64,000 nucleotides of DNA from assembly GCA_010093995.1 (NCBI GenBank), contig ML992503.1, positions 611,234 through 675,233 of the forward strand. The letters are read 5' to 3'. Position numbers and translations under genes: made by a program. Below the pieces are notes generated by a model, which did no database searches, had not been told where the DNA came from, and was given only the letters and a program-made list of their open reading frames with translations. Each line of letters opens with the position of its first letter. Within the stretch, counting starts at the first letter, position 1. Source of the DNA: Elsinoe ampelina. Taxonomy: Eukaryota. Positions 37,080-50,319 of this stretch are shown here, piece by piece.

Positions 37080-39977
37080 ATGAGACCATGCCAACATCTC
37101 CGTAGCCGATGGTTCTGCTGGCCGCCGCGGACAGCACCCTGCAAAGATCATAGATATCATCTGTTGAGAGAACCGCGGCGATGCAGTCTTCTGGAACAGC
37201 GCGTCTGGTCGCAGCACTACTATGCAACTTCATCACAGTCTGTCAAATTCAGGAGCGGCGGTTCCCCTCTTGCACCACATAACAGCGGAAACGATATCGA
37301 ACCTTGGCTAGATCGAATCGACGCTGTCTTGCCACCTCATCTCCGCGTCTTCACGACCGGAAAAGCGGAGCATCTGCCCCCATATCAAGCGATCGATGTC
37401 GCAAACTTGTTATCGGAAGCTCGACGACTTCGCCAACACGATTTGTTGCTAGCATTTGCCCAAGCGCACCGATGGCGAGAGCTTGTCTGGCTAGTCACCT
37501 ATCTGATTGACAATCTCTGGCATGGCAACCCTACAAATGCTTGGAAGGTACCTGAATCTCCTCTTAGCGGCCAGGTATCACTCGATGACTTCATATGTAA
37601 TCCTTCGGATCTGGATGTGAGCACATCGACATCCTCACAGAGCCCCCGCACTCTTGACCAAGCATTGTCGATAGATCATCCGCTCACGCTTGGTCCCGCG
37701 AAGCAGCAGTATGCCGGCCATCAACTTCTCGGGGAGATATGGCAAAGTCTGGGAAACATGATCCTAGAAGATAAGCGACAAGGACACAGCATACAACCGG
37801 GTATCCTCGAGATCATTGCCGTGCTACATAGTCGAAATGTCATGCCGGACGCCATCTACTCCTATACACCGAGCCAATCCAGTACTGCTGGTAGCCAACC
37901 ACCAACACTTCACCTGCTCTCCTCGCAAATCATGACCAATCTCTCAGATGCTGTATGGCGAGCTCGTGAAGCTACCGCCGTCGAAGAGGCTCATAAGCAG
38001 GGTCGTCCGGCTGTGTTCATGGGTCCTGAGCTGCCATCGTCCAATTATAGGGTACGTGTAGCCGGAATACGCCATGAGATTTGGCTGGAACTCGTTCTCT
38101 GGTCATGCTTACATGGTGGCTGGGTGAGACCTGGGGGAGCAATTCTGGATGAAGTCATGAAGCAGAAGAGTCCGAGCTGGTCGCCAATGTCCTGGAGAGA
38201 GATGATGGACCCGCTGGTGAAAGTAGGACAAGAGGCCAGTATTGACAGGGACGGAGTTGACTACAGGGTGACTGGAAAGGACGACAGTGACAAGAGGAAA
38301 AATGGACTCACGGTCGAGAATACGATAAGCAGTGAAGTCATCTCCGCGTACGTCGATGGGATGATCAACCATGTCAGTGTGGGAGTTGGCAGTCGAGGCT
38401 TGCACTCTGGTAATGTGGTAGGCCTCCTGGTCCGTATCAAGAACTTCTTGACGAAAAATCGCTTCAGTCTGGAAGCCACCTCCTGGGATGCCATCATACA
38501 GAGAGTACTGGAATCCGAGAGCATCGACGTCGAGGCTGCCGCGAGCTTGACAGAGCGTCTGCTTACACTTTCGTCCACGTACGGCGAGGAGAAGTCGGCT
38601 CGCAACACTCCTACCAGAGATGAGGCCTGGCGACCGCTTGCGCCTTACCTTGTCGACGGCTCTGCTCTTAGCATTGGTGTCACCCACCGCGTGCTCAAAG
38701 CCTACATCGACCGCGGGAATTTTGCTGCAGCCTTTTACACACTCCAGAATCTTCAGATGAGAACGGATGAGAACAAGAGGCTATCTATGGCTGCTTTCTT
38801 CAAACAGATCCGCAAAGCACCACCGAAAACACCTACCAACGCAGTCGAATTTGAGAGCCCCTACTCGCAGGCATTCCCAGCATTCTACACGATGCTGCCA
38901 GTGGATGTACTTGCACCGTTCCTAGACCTCATCACAGAAGTGGGCGCTTTTGAATTTGGCAAGTGGTTGTTGGCATCCCACGATATTGACGGTCCCGTCA
39001 TTGGGCCACATGCTTATCGCGACCGAGACATGTCTCCGGCAATCATTCGATTCCTGGCGGCATCGAAGAATGAAGAACTTCTTGGTCAGATGCTTCAACG
39101 TCTGCAGACAGATCCTCAGGCTGATAAGCTACCCATCTCTGTGTTTATCGCTATCCTGGAAAGTCAATTCCGACTGGGTAATCCTATCGCAGCCCTTGCG
39201 CCAATAGACAATCTTTTCTACAGCGACAAGATCAAAGTCCGAGAAGTGGAGACCCTGATAGCAGTCCTGGCACGTGAGGCACTAAAGGCCGAGGACCGAG
39301 AATCACCTGTTGTGATCAAGCTTTGGAAGCTGCTTGGGCAAGCTGACGGGCCAAATCCATCGATCCGAACGAGCATGGCGATACTGCTTATGATGGCGGA
39401 TGATACCATGAAGGAGCTTTGCCTGGAAAGTGTATCGTTACCGGCAAGAGCAAACTTCAGAATGTCGATAAGGTCATTCAACGCCGTCCTCGATGGATGT
39501 ACTTCAACCAAAGGGAGCACAGCCGGTCGAAATCTCCTCTGTCGCTTTTCTCGTCTGGCAAACGAAATCAGTGCGCACATGAGGCATGCCATAGAGAGCA
39601 CATCTGGAATAGTCCGCCTGACTGGAAGAACTCGTCCAGGATCTGTTGAAGTTTCAGACAGTGACAAGGTGGACTTTGACATCCCATTTGGGAGCACATC
39701 GACATCAATGACTCCACCAGCCGAAGTGCATGTCACGGGACATTTCGTGCCAGATGTGTCATCAGTACGGATCATTCTCACGCAACGACTCCGGGAGCTA
39801 CGAGATGGACAGGAAAGCACTACGGCAATCAATGGCACAATGGCTTTTATTGGTTTCGGAGATGACGTCGTCGAATGGTGTGCAGCTCTATTCCGAGCTC
39901 TGGGAATGCAGCCCAAGGACGTTCAGCAAGAGATTGAGGGGAGCTACAAGGACATCAAAGTGCGGGAGGAGGAGTGA
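37080..39977 (+). CDS. Large hypothetical protein (965 aa), possibly mitochondrial and helical-repeat
   Basis: Uninterrupted 2.9-kb ORF with an Arg-rich, acid-poor N-terminus. No catalytic motif recognised. Confidence 0.75.
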   Translation: MRPCQHLRSRWFCWPPRTAPCKDHRYHLLREPRRCSLLEQRVWSQHYYATSSQSVKFRSGGSPLAPHNSGNDIEPWLDRIDAVLPPHLRVFTTGKAEHLPPYQAIDVANLLSEARRLRQHDLLLAFAQAHRWRELVWLVTYLIDNLWHGNPTNAWKVPESPLSGQVSLDDFICNPSDLDVSTSTSSQSPRTLDQALSIDHPLTLGPAKQQYAGHQLLGEIWQSLGNMILEDKRQGHSIQPGILEIIAVLHSRNVMPDAIYSYTPSQSSTAGSQPPTLHLLSSQIMTNLSDAVWRAREATAVEEAHKQGRPAVFMGPELPSSNYRVRVAGIRHEIWLELVLWSCLHGGWVRPGGAILDEVMKQKSPSWSPMSWREMMDPLVKVGQEASIDRDGVDYRVTGKDDSDKRKNGLTVENTISSEVISAYVDGMINHVSVGVGSRGLHSGNVVGLLVRIKNFLTKNRFSLEATSWDAIIQRVLESESIDVEAAASLTERLLTLSSTYGEEKSARNTPTRDEAWRPLAPYLVDGSALSIGVTHRVLKAYIDRGNFAAAFYTLQNLQMRTDENKRLSMAAFFKQIRKAPPKTPTNAVEFESPYSQAFPAFYTMLPVDVLAPFLDLITEVGAFEFGKWLLASHDIDGPVIGPHAYRDRDMSPAIIRFLAASKNEELLGQMLQRLQTDPQADKLPISVFIAILESQFRLGNPIAALAPIDNLFYSDKIKVREVETLIAVLAREALKAEDRESPVVIKLWKLLGQADGPNPSIRTSMAILLMMADDTMKELCLESVSLPARANFRMSIRSFNAVLDGCTSTKGSTAGRNLLCRFSRLANEISAHMRHAIESTSGIVRLTGRTRPGSVEVSDSDKVDFDIPFGSTSTSMTPPAEVHVTGHFVPDVSSVRIILTQRLRELRDGQESTTAINGTMAFIGFGDDVVEWCAALFRALGMQPKDVQQEIEGSYKDIKVREEE

Positions 39978-40999
39978 CCTGCCTTGCGGCGAGGAAGGGT
40001 CAACATGACTCACAATCGGAGTTGGTAGAGAATCCATCGACGCTGTCAATATCATCTTGCCACAGTCACGCGTTCGTCTGTCGTCTTGGATCTGTCCAAT
40101 TGACCTGTCACATGTCGCTGATATCCATCGACCGATCCGACCAACCCTCTGCACGACAGTTGGAGCCGCACGTTGCTTATTCTAAGTTTTCAGGGACTTC
40201 TCGTCTGAGATATCTGCTCACAAAAGTGGAGGCGATAGTGAAAGCTTAGACAAAGTTGCCTGAACAAACAGAAATTTCAGGTTTCTATCAGTGGTACAGT
40301 ACAGGGTATGATGGAACAATTTTACTTTTATGCAGGGGTTGCCCGATGCTCGCGTGCCTTGGATGTTCAAAATAAATTGGGTCTGGCATGACTCTCACCG
40401 CAACGTTGTCGAGGAAAATAAGCGCAGCCAATGGGCAGCTAAGATATCTGCTTAGCGCTAAAACAAGTGGGTCCATACTTTTTTTCCATCATATCCTCTG
40501 CTTCAGCCCGCCTTTCCCCCTCTCTCTCGTTCCCAAACCATTCCCAAAGACAAAGAAGTCGACCTATCCTACCAAAGCGGACATACAATCAACAATCACA
40601 CTCTCTTCTCGTCAACCAAGATGTCGCAAGTCATCGTTGGGCACTAAACTACCGCTGAGGGATGTTCTTTGGTTGAACATCCCTCAGTCTCGGTCACCTT
40701 CGCTCATCGACATACAAAAGATCATTGACGAGAATATACAACACATACGATTGCAGCTCAACCAGTTGCAGTCTTTTGCCACTCTTCTAGAAGTCCACAC
40801 ACCCAGACAAACGCAATTGCTCACCACTAGGAGCCTCATTTGACCGCTTTTCTCACCCCTCACATCCTTCTACCTTCTCGACGCTACTCGCTATTACGAA
40901 TTTCACAGCAAAGGCCACGCACACAAATCTATAAGCCATAAACCTCCTTCATCGCACATATACCACAACCTTCATTCCTCCCAATTGCAACCGAAAATT

Positions 41000-43148
41000 A
41001 TGCCCGGCAAAACTATTCCCAAGCAACTCGCTGCGTCGAAACGCCAGCAATTCGCAGCCGCCGAATCCCCCAGTAGCTCCTCGCGTGGTAGTCTTACACC
41101 AACCGCAACAACATCAGGGGCTGCGAATCTTGACGAAGACGAAGATGAGGACGAGGACAATGAAAGTACTCCAACCAAGAGCAAGATTGCGATACGTGCC
41201 CCGTCAATGGCATCAAGGTTGCCAAAGACACCAACAACACCCACAAGCCAGTCAAGGAAGCTGTTGGCGGGGCTGGAATTGGACATGCCTCAAGGAGCTG
41301 TAGCCGATCCGACCGAGCATGCCGAAGCAGTTCACATGAAGATGGCCGAACTGCAAGCGGCAGGATGGAGACCTGAAGAAGAGCTTGCCAACGTCGGTGC
41401 TGAGGACGAGGATGACGATGATTATGAGGGCGTCGACTTGATCAGCCATTCCGACGAGGACGATGCCGCCATACGAGCTACTGAAAATCGATTGTTCAGG
41501 GATCCGGACATGTCAATGGCAGACCAGAACAGCCTTGCACGACGTCTCAGTCTCTCCGACGACGGTGATGATGAGGTTGAATGGAATGGCTTTGACGACA
41601 ACATTGGACCATCATTCACAGACTCTTTCCTGGTTGAAGAACCACATCTGCCATCCTTCATGCTCAAGGACGATGACGAGATGGACTTTGCCAAGGAGAA
41701 GAAGCTGACTGGAGAGAGCCAGCGCAAGGTGCGGTTTGAGGACGAAGTTGGCGGCTCTGACGGAAGCAGCGACTCGGACGAGTCAGCCGAGGATTTCCCT
41801 GACATCTTTACCGACTTTTCCTTGAAACCTTACTACACGAGAAATCATGATGATGAGATAGAAGAGGGCAGCGATGCCGGATCTGTTTGGGATTTTGAAG
41901 GCGACGAAATGAACATTGATGATGACGACGATGATGACACAGCATCCCTCGGTTCGACTGGTTCGTCGAGTGGATATGATAGTATGTACAGTGACCTCTT
42001 TGGTCACGCTTTCGCTAACATGATTGCCTGAAGCCGATGAGGGCGAGACCACGGATGAAGAGGAATGTCAGCCCATCAAGCGCCCTACTCCGCCACCTGC
42101 CGAGCGCCCTACATCGAGCAACAGCACAGCAGACCCGAAAGCGGCCAAGAAACATGCTACGAGGTCGAAAACGGCCAAGAAGGCGAGCCCTCCAGCTGTG
42201 CACCACGCACCAAAGTTCGGCACTTTCGAGCTTGACCCTCGCCGTAATGTGCTGATTGTGAGTGGTGCTGGCGTGACTCAAAAGAACAAGCTGTATCCTG
42301 CCAAGATACAGACACCGCACGAGAAGCGTTTCTGGCACAAACTGAGAGAGAGCTACAAGAACAGCACCGCAAGCCCAAGGACATCTGTTCAGATGGGAAT
42401 TGAGGACGACAGTGACTACGAGATGGACCAGTCCATGTTCAGTCCTAGTGGACCTTTCAGTCCCGCTGGCACTCTCATGACGGACGAGGTCATTGGTCCT
42501 GTGGAAGCTTTCACGCCTTTCACGTCTATTGATGCATCTGGCACCATCACCGAAGATAACAGCATGCGATCTTTCTCAGAAGAAGAGGAAGATGGCATGG
42601 ACCTGCTCAGTCCCTACATCAACTTTGATGCACATGATGATGATGAAGAGGATAATTCTGGCGACACGTCAGATGCGGCTGTTCTTGGCGGTCGACAGCG
42701 CTCCAACACCGTGCCTAATTTTGCCTCTTCTGCACCCGGTACACCAGCTACTCCATCTTTCAGCCGACAAGATACTGGGAATTCAGACTTCAGCGGTGTT
42801 GGCCATCTGAGCCGCACCCCGGCATTGGTTTCCTCATTCCGCCTCAACCAGGAGTATGCCAAGGAACTTGCTTCGTACGCATCAGACCCGTCAGCCCGCT
42901 TCTCCCGTTCCGAAATGAACGCCATGCAGGCGGGGCGCAGAAAAGCTGCCAACACACCAATCACTCCGATGCGGAAGAAGCGAGGTGGCAGTCTGAGCAA
43001 GATTGGCAACGTCAGCTGGAGTAAAGGCCTCAACTTGGACAAGGAGATGTTTCTGTCAGATTCGAAGAAGAAGCCTTCCCAGCATACTAGAAGATTGTCC
43101 AACGGGCGCGGTACAGGAAGGATGGGAAAGGGAAGTACATTTAGGTGA
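41000..43148 (+). CDS. Acidic nuclear protein, probable Ifh1/Crf1-like ribosomal-protein-gene coregulator
   Basis: A 52-nt intron at 41,982-42,033 joins two ORFs and gives SSGYDTDEGETTDEE, which resembles the Ifh1/Crf1 FHB motif. Also DDDDYEGVDLISHSDEDD and a basic TPMRKKR. Gene model is firm; function is tentative. Confidence 0.65.
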
Positions 43149-44580
43149 AGAGGTGGAGGAAGTATCTAATGCTGAGGAATGATCTATGGGGTTGGCTGGT
43201 GAAGAAATTTGGTCACGACTTACGAGGATCTACGGCCGTCGTTTGCGATACCTCCTCTTGTTGCTTTCTTTTCAAAAGTCTGGCATTGGGCTGCGTGCGG
43301 CTTGATCTTACACTACTTTCGTTGTTCATGTTTCGATATCGAGGAGATTTTCAGCTTCGATCACAATCGACAGCAGATTAGCCAGTTAGCAGAAGTAGTA
43401 TGGACACTGGTTCGACCACATGTATTTGCGAACGCGTCTTGTCATGGATGTTTGGTACGGCCGACACGTATTTCGTGGAAGCGAGCAAGGCGCCTCATCT
43501 GCAGCCCATCACAACGTCTTTGAAGCCTTCAACGAACAGCTGAGAAACGGACACGGCATGATCTTGATAGTCTTCAAGCCCCTCATCGTTGTGGCATACA
43601 AGGGTGCCCGACTCCCTGGACCAACGTCGTACAGGTAAGGTCTAAGCTGAACAGACTCTGTCGAGGTCCGTCATTGGCCGCGTCAAGCAGAAAGACACAG
43701 ACGAACATGCATGAGCATATTGTCACTACCCGTCGAGCTGCATGTACACGTGGAAACTGGATGCATTGGGACCCAGCATTGCCCGATTCGAGACGACCAT
43801 GTCCCTGAAGGAGACGACATGGCGCTGGCTTTTTGCCCGGAAAAGCCTCCCCTTTTTGACCTTGATGCTGGTTGCTGATTGGCTGTTTTGTCCAAGAACG
43901 CGCTAGAGTTTTTGACGACGTCCCCAGTCGTTTTTGACGCTTTTTGCGGCTTCGACTTTATTGCTCCTTTCCCGTGTCCATGAACTATCCTGACATCGAT
44001 TTGTCCATCATCACTACTGCAGCAGGATGATCAAGCAGTATGCAGCCTCCATGAAGCCTCATCCTCAACGAACCATCTCACGACCTCCCCGCGGACCTAC
44101 AACTGCTCTCTCCTTAAGCGAGTCAGCAAGCCAGCCCAGTTCACCGGCCAGCCACTTTCGTTCGCGTGCTCAGTCGTGAAAGAGGTCCTCACGCAAGCCC
44201 CTTCTCACCTGTCATACCTGCACCTGTACGGAGCCGCCGCGTTCCACCATCGCCCTACGCCGGCTCCACGACTCATGGCACTCAACGTCTCTCTGATCGA
44301 GCCTTGAATCTCGCCCGCTCCGACATGTCCACCGTCTTGGCGGAGCTGATAATGCCAACGACCATGCAGTGGACTGACTGCGAGCATATCCTGGCTTGAC
44401 GCTACTGCCGCCCACTTTTGCTGCTATCAACAGGCTGCGTCGAGTCTGCGCAGCAAGGGTGAAGCATAAAATGTAGGTCCTCCCCTCTACTGTTGGGGTG
44501 ATTCTCAACACCACATCGGGATTCCCAGTTCCTCTACGATTTCATTCTGCTTCTTTCCTCTGATTCTGCTGCTATACGCC

Positions 44581-45929
44581 ATGCGTACTGCGTTTCTCCT
44601 CGCCTCCGCCGCGGCTCTTGTCGCGGCTGTGGACAATGATCCTAGTCTCGACATCGACTGGGATCTCGTCCTCAATCTGGACCCTATTCCAACACCGACC
44701 ATCCCTGTCGTGTACAAGACCGACACAGGAGTACCAGCCAAGACTTCAGAGAAAGTCACGTATGCCGCGACCTCTGCTGTTGCAGCGGTAGCCTCGGCGG
44801 TCGTTGATACTCTCGAGAATGCTCTTAGCGACCCGATCGTCCTCATCCCAGGCCTTGCCAGGAAGAAGCGTGATGAAGCAGCTGCCACCTGCGTGCCTCA
44901 ACCTCGCGGTTCCGGTCCGGTCCCCACCGTCGACACGCCTGAAGACTTCCTCAACGAGACCCGCTTCAGCACCGCCGCGAACTCCGCCGACACGCCCGCC
45001 GGCTACGTCAACACCTTCACCAACCTCCAAGCCTCCAACAATGCCTACGGGTGAGCCCTGTCCCTCCCTCTCCCAACCCCTCCCTAACCCCTCCCAGCTA
45101 CATGGGCTACACCCTCCTCCCCACCTACAACACCACCCTCTGCGGGGCCAAATGCACCTCCATCCCAGGCTGCCAATCCTTCAACCTCTACTTCGAACGC
45201 AACCCGACCGTCGACCCCAACTCCCCCTCCTGCCCCAACCCCGCCTCCACGACCAACATCAAATGCGTCTTCTGGGGCGGGCCCGTCGCCCCCTCCAACG
45301 CCGTCAACACAGGCCAATACAGGAACCAATTCCGCGTCGTCATCGCCGGCTCAAACGGCTACGTCAACCGCACCATCACGACCCCCAAGGGCTACACCCT
45401 GCCCCAATTCTACGGCAACGTCGCCATCAACGCGCCCCCTGCCTGCCCGGGCCGTCCCTCCCGCCTGCTGCAGAGCAACGCCTTCGTCGCCACCACCTTT
45501 GACATTGCGCTGTGCGCGACGGCGTGTTCCGAGCAGAAAGCCTGGGCCAGGACCCAGCCGAACCAGAGGGAGTGCAATTACTTTGACACGTACCTTTTGT
45601 ACAAGAACGCCAAGCCGCTCGCGCAGTATTGTGCCATGTATGACGAGATGTGGACCGGCGCGTATGCGGTCAATAGTGGGTATATGAATGGCAGGGATAA
45701 GTTTACGATCGGGTTTAGTTATGCGAGTTGGAATGCGACGGATGTGAGGCCCGGGTCCGGGAAGTGTCCGGTGGTCAGTAGCAGTAGTACGACGACGACG
45801 ACGACGACGACGACGGTGGGGACGAGTACGACGACGACGACCACGAGTGCGATGACGACGACGACCACGGCAGCACCGGAGGCGCTGAGGCCGGAGGTGG
45901 AGAGGGGCCAGAGTGGGGGGAGTGCTTGA
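44581..45929 (+). CDS. Secreted Cys-rich protein with PAN/apple-like modules and a Thr-rich tail
   Basis: Signal peptide MRTAFLLASAAALVAA and a dibasic RKKR site. 47-nt intron at 45,051-45,097. Motifs C..KC....GCQSFNLYFER.P..IKCVFWG and CATAC..CNYF..YC.MY. Confidence 0.8.
45789..45864 (+). repeat. (ACG)n coding microsatellite encoding poly-Thr
   Basis: Three interrupted ACG runs in the 3' end of the CDS. Confidence 0.85.
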
Positions 45930-46365
45930 AGAGGGTTTGGAAACAGGGAAGGTGGGAGGGGGATGGGGAGACGAGGTTATGATCAAAAGTTTTCACGGTC
46001 ACGATTGGAGGGTTGTTTGGCTAGGCACGGTGTCGCAGGTTGGGTCGTAGGATGATCACGAGTGTCCTGGTTTCATCGGGTAAGAGTGGATGTCTGAACA
46101 ATTATTATGGTTGAGGGTGGTTGTCTGAAATGGATTCTGGACTTTTGTGGACCCTGCTAAGCAATATGATACATCGTCATGGGTGAGAGCGCCTGAGACT
46201 CAAGCTGTCCTACTCGATCACTTGTCCAAGCCCTGCAGATTTCGGGCTTCCACTCAGATATCTGTACATTAGTGAACCGATATTCCTCATGTCTTCAAGC
46301 ACTACGTTGGCGGGTCGCGGGACCAGCCAATTCCCGTCCTGCGTGCCGCTTGCAGAGATAATATT

Positions 46366-48151
46366 TCAGTCACTGTCGCTATCGCTCGGCATGTACGCCA
46401 AGGCAGGGTCTGCAAGAGTCAGCCACCACTTCATGAAATCTGTTTTGAGGAGATGACTTACCGATGGGGATATACCCAATTCCCCCACCGACCTTGTCCT
46501 CTAGCATGCTTCTCACGCTCTCAATCTCATCATCGCTCATTCTTCCCGCCCATCGAGGTAGTACAACGTCCAGATACAACCCCTGGTTCCCCTCTCCCAG
46601 CTTGTTGATGAACCCGCTGAAGCCTTCATATGTAAAGCTTGTCGGACCAGCGAAGGTGATACTCTTGAGGTGCTGGAGCTGGTGAAGCTTGCTCAGCGTG
46701 GTATCTGTCACGTCATATCCGTCCACAACCAGCTCCTCCACCAATGGTAACGAGTTGCAGATCTGTACGAGATGGATGTCGGTGAAGTACTCGCTCAGCT
46801 TGGTCAAATTCAGGGTTGTGACCTGTGTAAGCGCACAGATGCTTTCTGTGATTAGCTGCACGTCATCGCCAAATGTGCCTTCTGCGTCTGCGGCAAGAGA
46901 CAGGGAACGGAGCTGCTTCTGGTTGCGGAGAGCCAGATGGAAAGCTTGAGCCTCGCGAGCTGGATAGAGAGAAGAAGAGTTGTCAGATCCGTCAACCTGA
47001 AGTTGCTGCAGGTGAAGATGTGAGGTCAATGCAGGGGCAAGAAGGGCGGCAGCAGAGACAAATCGGGAGAGACGAAGATCAATGAGATGCGGAAGGCTTT
47101 GGAACCAAGAGACCAAATCAGTGAAGACGTCGTTCTGGGTCGTAGCGAGGTTGTTTGGAGGCTGCAGGTCCGTAAGTGCAAGTGAGCGGAGCTTTGTTAG
47201 TGTGATCAGCTTTCCCAGACCAGGAATTCCGCCACGTCCAACCGCAAGTTGGAGATTGACCAGAGACTTTGCATGATTGCCCAGTGCTTCGCACGAGAGC
47301 GGACCAATCCCACACTCGGACTCATTCTGAAACTCTGTGAGCGTGTTTGGCGGCAATTTTGAGAAGAATCTCGCGATGCTGGAATCTGCCCTGTCGTCGT
47401 TCATCCAGCGGTAGATCTCCACGCGGTGAAGTAAGGGGCATGAAGATATGAGCAGATCCTGCAGCGCAAAGTCCGCCAATGTCTTGCCATCGCTTAGCTG
47501 AATGACTTGAAGGTGTCGCAGTCGGGGTGATAGTTGCTTGAGGCAATTCGGTAAGAGGTCGACCCCAACCGCCACCGGCTCTGTGAGCTCCTCAAGCTTA
47601 ATGGCATGCTTCGTGATACTATCTGCGATCGACAAGACGATGGACTGAACATTGAGTCGAGGTCTGCGTGGTCCTCTTTTGCTGACTGGTGTGTCCATTG
47701 TCATGTGAAGATACTTGAGATCTCCAGAGAAGAAGTAATTGAGGATCTTCCCCCGAAACTTGTCGTCATCCAGAAGATTGTACAGATCTCGTAGATCCAA
47801 AACCCGCAGATATTGGCCATATGGATACAAGGTCTTGTCCATAGTCGAGAGGATGATCGAGCGCCACAGTATTGACCATCGCTGAACTGTGCCTTCCTGC
47901 TCGGCGATGGTCGCAGTAGTCGTCTCGGATCCGCCACCACAGATAGGTGCTTGGTTACATTTCCTGTTTCGATCAGCTTCAGTATTCTAGAGAATGGTCG
48001 ACATCAAGTACCTGTAGAGATTCAAGACGGCCCCGGATTTTGCCAAGGTGCTACTTGATATGGCGCATCGGTATAATGTTGAGAAGTCGGACTGCTCGGC
48101 GAGCTCATCGCAGATGAGATGCAGCAGGTCATTTGGCAGGTCCATTGCCAT
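46366..48151 (-). CDS. F-box-like / leucine-rich-repeat (RNI-like) protein, multi-exon
   Basis: N-terminal MDLPNDLLHLICDEL..DFSTLYRCA and repeated L..L..L.L motifs. The terminal exon DPALAYMPSDSDSD* follows a GTAAGT intron. Confidence 0.8.
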
Positions 48152-48296
48152 TTCATTGAGCGTTATTGATGCTCGCTAGCTCTGCGATCAAATCATATGT
48201 TTGTACCAATCGAATACAATGTTGAAAATGTTCTGTACCAATCACAAAGTCACGGTGGTGCAGACGATGAGGTCACAAATGACTTCCACTTCCGGA

Positions 48297-48311
48297 ACGC
48301 GTCAAACGCGT
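48297..48311. promoter_or_regulatory. Tandem MCB (MluI cell-cycle) boxes
   Basis: ACGCGT at 48,297-48,302 and 48,306-48,311, ~120 bp upstream of NSE1. Confidence 0.65.
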
Positions 48312-48430
48312 CTCCCACGCCCATTTTCCAGCTTCATCTTTTCCCCACCTTCAATACAATCAACAATGGCACCTTGAGCGTCCATCCAGCTTTCATTCAC
48401 CTCCGGATTGACAGCTGCGCATAACCCACA

Positions 48431-49345
48431 ATGGCAGACTACAACAACACCCACCGCGCCCTCCTCCAAGTCTTCATGGCCCGCGGCACCCTCACTTACG
48501 AGACCACCAAACCCATCCTCGCCAGCATCCTCACAGTCTCGGACCCCTCCCGAGAAACCATGCCCAACGATATCACCCAACAAGACTTCACCTCCTACAT
48601 CCACACCCTCAACAACGCCATCTCCCCCTTCGACCTCGAGATCCGCTCCTCAATCCCGCAGTCCCCCACCCTCGACCCCGACACCCCCGCCCCGGACCGC
48701 ACCTACGCCCTCGTCAACATGACCTCGGACCCCATCACACAACTCGCGACTACCCATTCGGCGGACGAAATCGCCTTCCTCAAGCGCGTGCTAGACCACA
48801 TGTTCGAGAGCAACACGCGAAAGAGCGAGGTCTTTGCCATCCTCTCCAGGACGGCGTTGACACTCCACAAGCCGCCGGCGACGCAGGAGGAAGTCCGCAC
48901 CAGCTCGTCGTTCACGCAAAAGGACGCAGAGAAAACGCTGGAGTCGCTGCATGACGAGGGGTGGTTGGAGAGGAGCAACAAGGGGTACTATAGGTTGTCC
49001 GCGCGGGCACTCATGGAGCTGCGGAATTGGTTGGTGGAGACGTACAACGATGACGAGGAAGAAAGAGTGAGGTTCTGTCATGGGTGTAGGGAGATTGTAA
49101 TTGCAGGGCAGAGGTGTGCGAATTGGGATTGCGGTGTGAGGGTGCATGATTTTTGTGCGCGGAATATGTTGCGGGCGGCAGGGGGGCATATCTGTCCTGG
49201 GTGTAAGACAGCGTGGACGGGGGAGGTGCCAGTTGGGGAGAAGGCGGCGAAGCACTATGGTAGGCCGAGCGGTGTTGGTCAGGGGCGGAGGAGTAGTGGA
49301 GCTGTGACGAATCGGGTGGTGGATGACGACGATGATGAGGAGTAA
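48431..49345 (+). CDS. NSE1: Smc5/6 complex non-SMC element 1
   Basis: HRALLQ.FMAR, LVN.TSD...QLAT....EI, EGWL..S..GYY.L..RALMEL..WL, and a C-terminal RING-like CHGC..GQRC...C...HDFC..CPGC...W. Confidence 0.93.
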   Translation: MADYNNTHRALLQVFMARGTLTYETTKPILASILTVSDPSRETMPNDITQQDFTSYIHTLNNAISPFDLEIRSSIPQSPTLDPDTPAPDRTYALVNMTSDPITQLATTHSADEIAFLKRVLDHMFESNTRKSEVFAILSRTALTLHKPPATQEEVRTSSSFTQKDAEKTLESLHDEGWLERSNKGYYRLSARALMELRNWLVETYNDDEEERVRFCHGCREIVIAGQRCANWDCGVRVHDFCARNMLRAAGGHICPGCKTAWTGEVPVGEKAAKHYGRPSGVGQGRRSSGAVTNRVVDDDDDEE

Positions 49346-49637
49346 AGGCGAGCTGGCGAGTAGCACCAGAACGTAGACATATGATACCCGAAGCCGACCA
49401 GCTTCATACCTGTACAGATAGACAGCAATCCGACCGGAATTCTTGACATGTCAAATTTTGAAAGCCGTGCTGTGGAGAACTATCTCGGACCCATCAGCAG
49501 AACCGTATGCTCCACGTTGCCTGTATCATGCATGCCATGAGAGCTCTTCCCCCCATCAACTCTTGTCTCCCATCCATCCTCCCTCCTTCCCATCCCGAAT
49601 CATCCCCATAACAACCACAACCACAATAATCCCTCCG

Positions 49638-50319
49638 TTAACGGTACGACTTCTGGTACCTGGCACGAGCACCTGGACCACCGAACTTCTTTGGCTCGCA
49701 TCGCCTGTTGTCAGCGACGAGGAGTGTGCGGTCGTACTGGACGAGGGCCTGCTTGAGCTGGTTCTTGGAGTGCTCGTCGACGAACTTCTGGTAGTAGGCG
49801 ACCTAGCGTGTGTTAGTTGCAAGCCCGATCTTTCCTCCAGCACCGCGCGGTATCTCGTGCTCCAATGCCTCTGGGTAGCGCAAGAGATCCGCGCAATGCT
49901 GGGTCGGGTAGGACGTACAATCGACTTGGCAATAGCCTGTCTTATCGCGTAGATCTGGCTCGTGTGACCACCTCCGGAGACGCGGACGCGGATGTCAACG
50001 CCCTCTGTAAAAACCCAGTCAGCCGGTGTCCTCAAGAAATCCCATCTGCTGCTTGTCCGATTGTCCTTCTCGTGCAATCGTACCCGTCCCTCCCCCTCCC
50101 CAATCCCCATCCAGGAAAAAGTGTCCAAGACCTACCAAACTTGTCCAACCCCAAAATCAACAAAGGCTCGTACACCTTGAACCTCAAAATCTGCGGCTCA
50201 ACCAAGCTGAGCGGCTTCCCGTTGACCTTGACGAGGCCCTTGCCCGCCTTGCAGTGCGCGACCGCGGTTGCGGTCTTCTTCTTGCCGAAGCATTGGACTG
50301 ATTGCGTGGGTGCCGACAT
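49638..50319 (-). CDS. RPS16: 40S ribosomal protein S16 (uS9), two introns
   Basis: [63 protein letters not shown]. Confidence 0.98.

Noticed and set aside
45082..45090. CCCTAACCC as a telomeric repeat
   Set aside because: Single unit that serves as the intron branch site in a C-rich tract.
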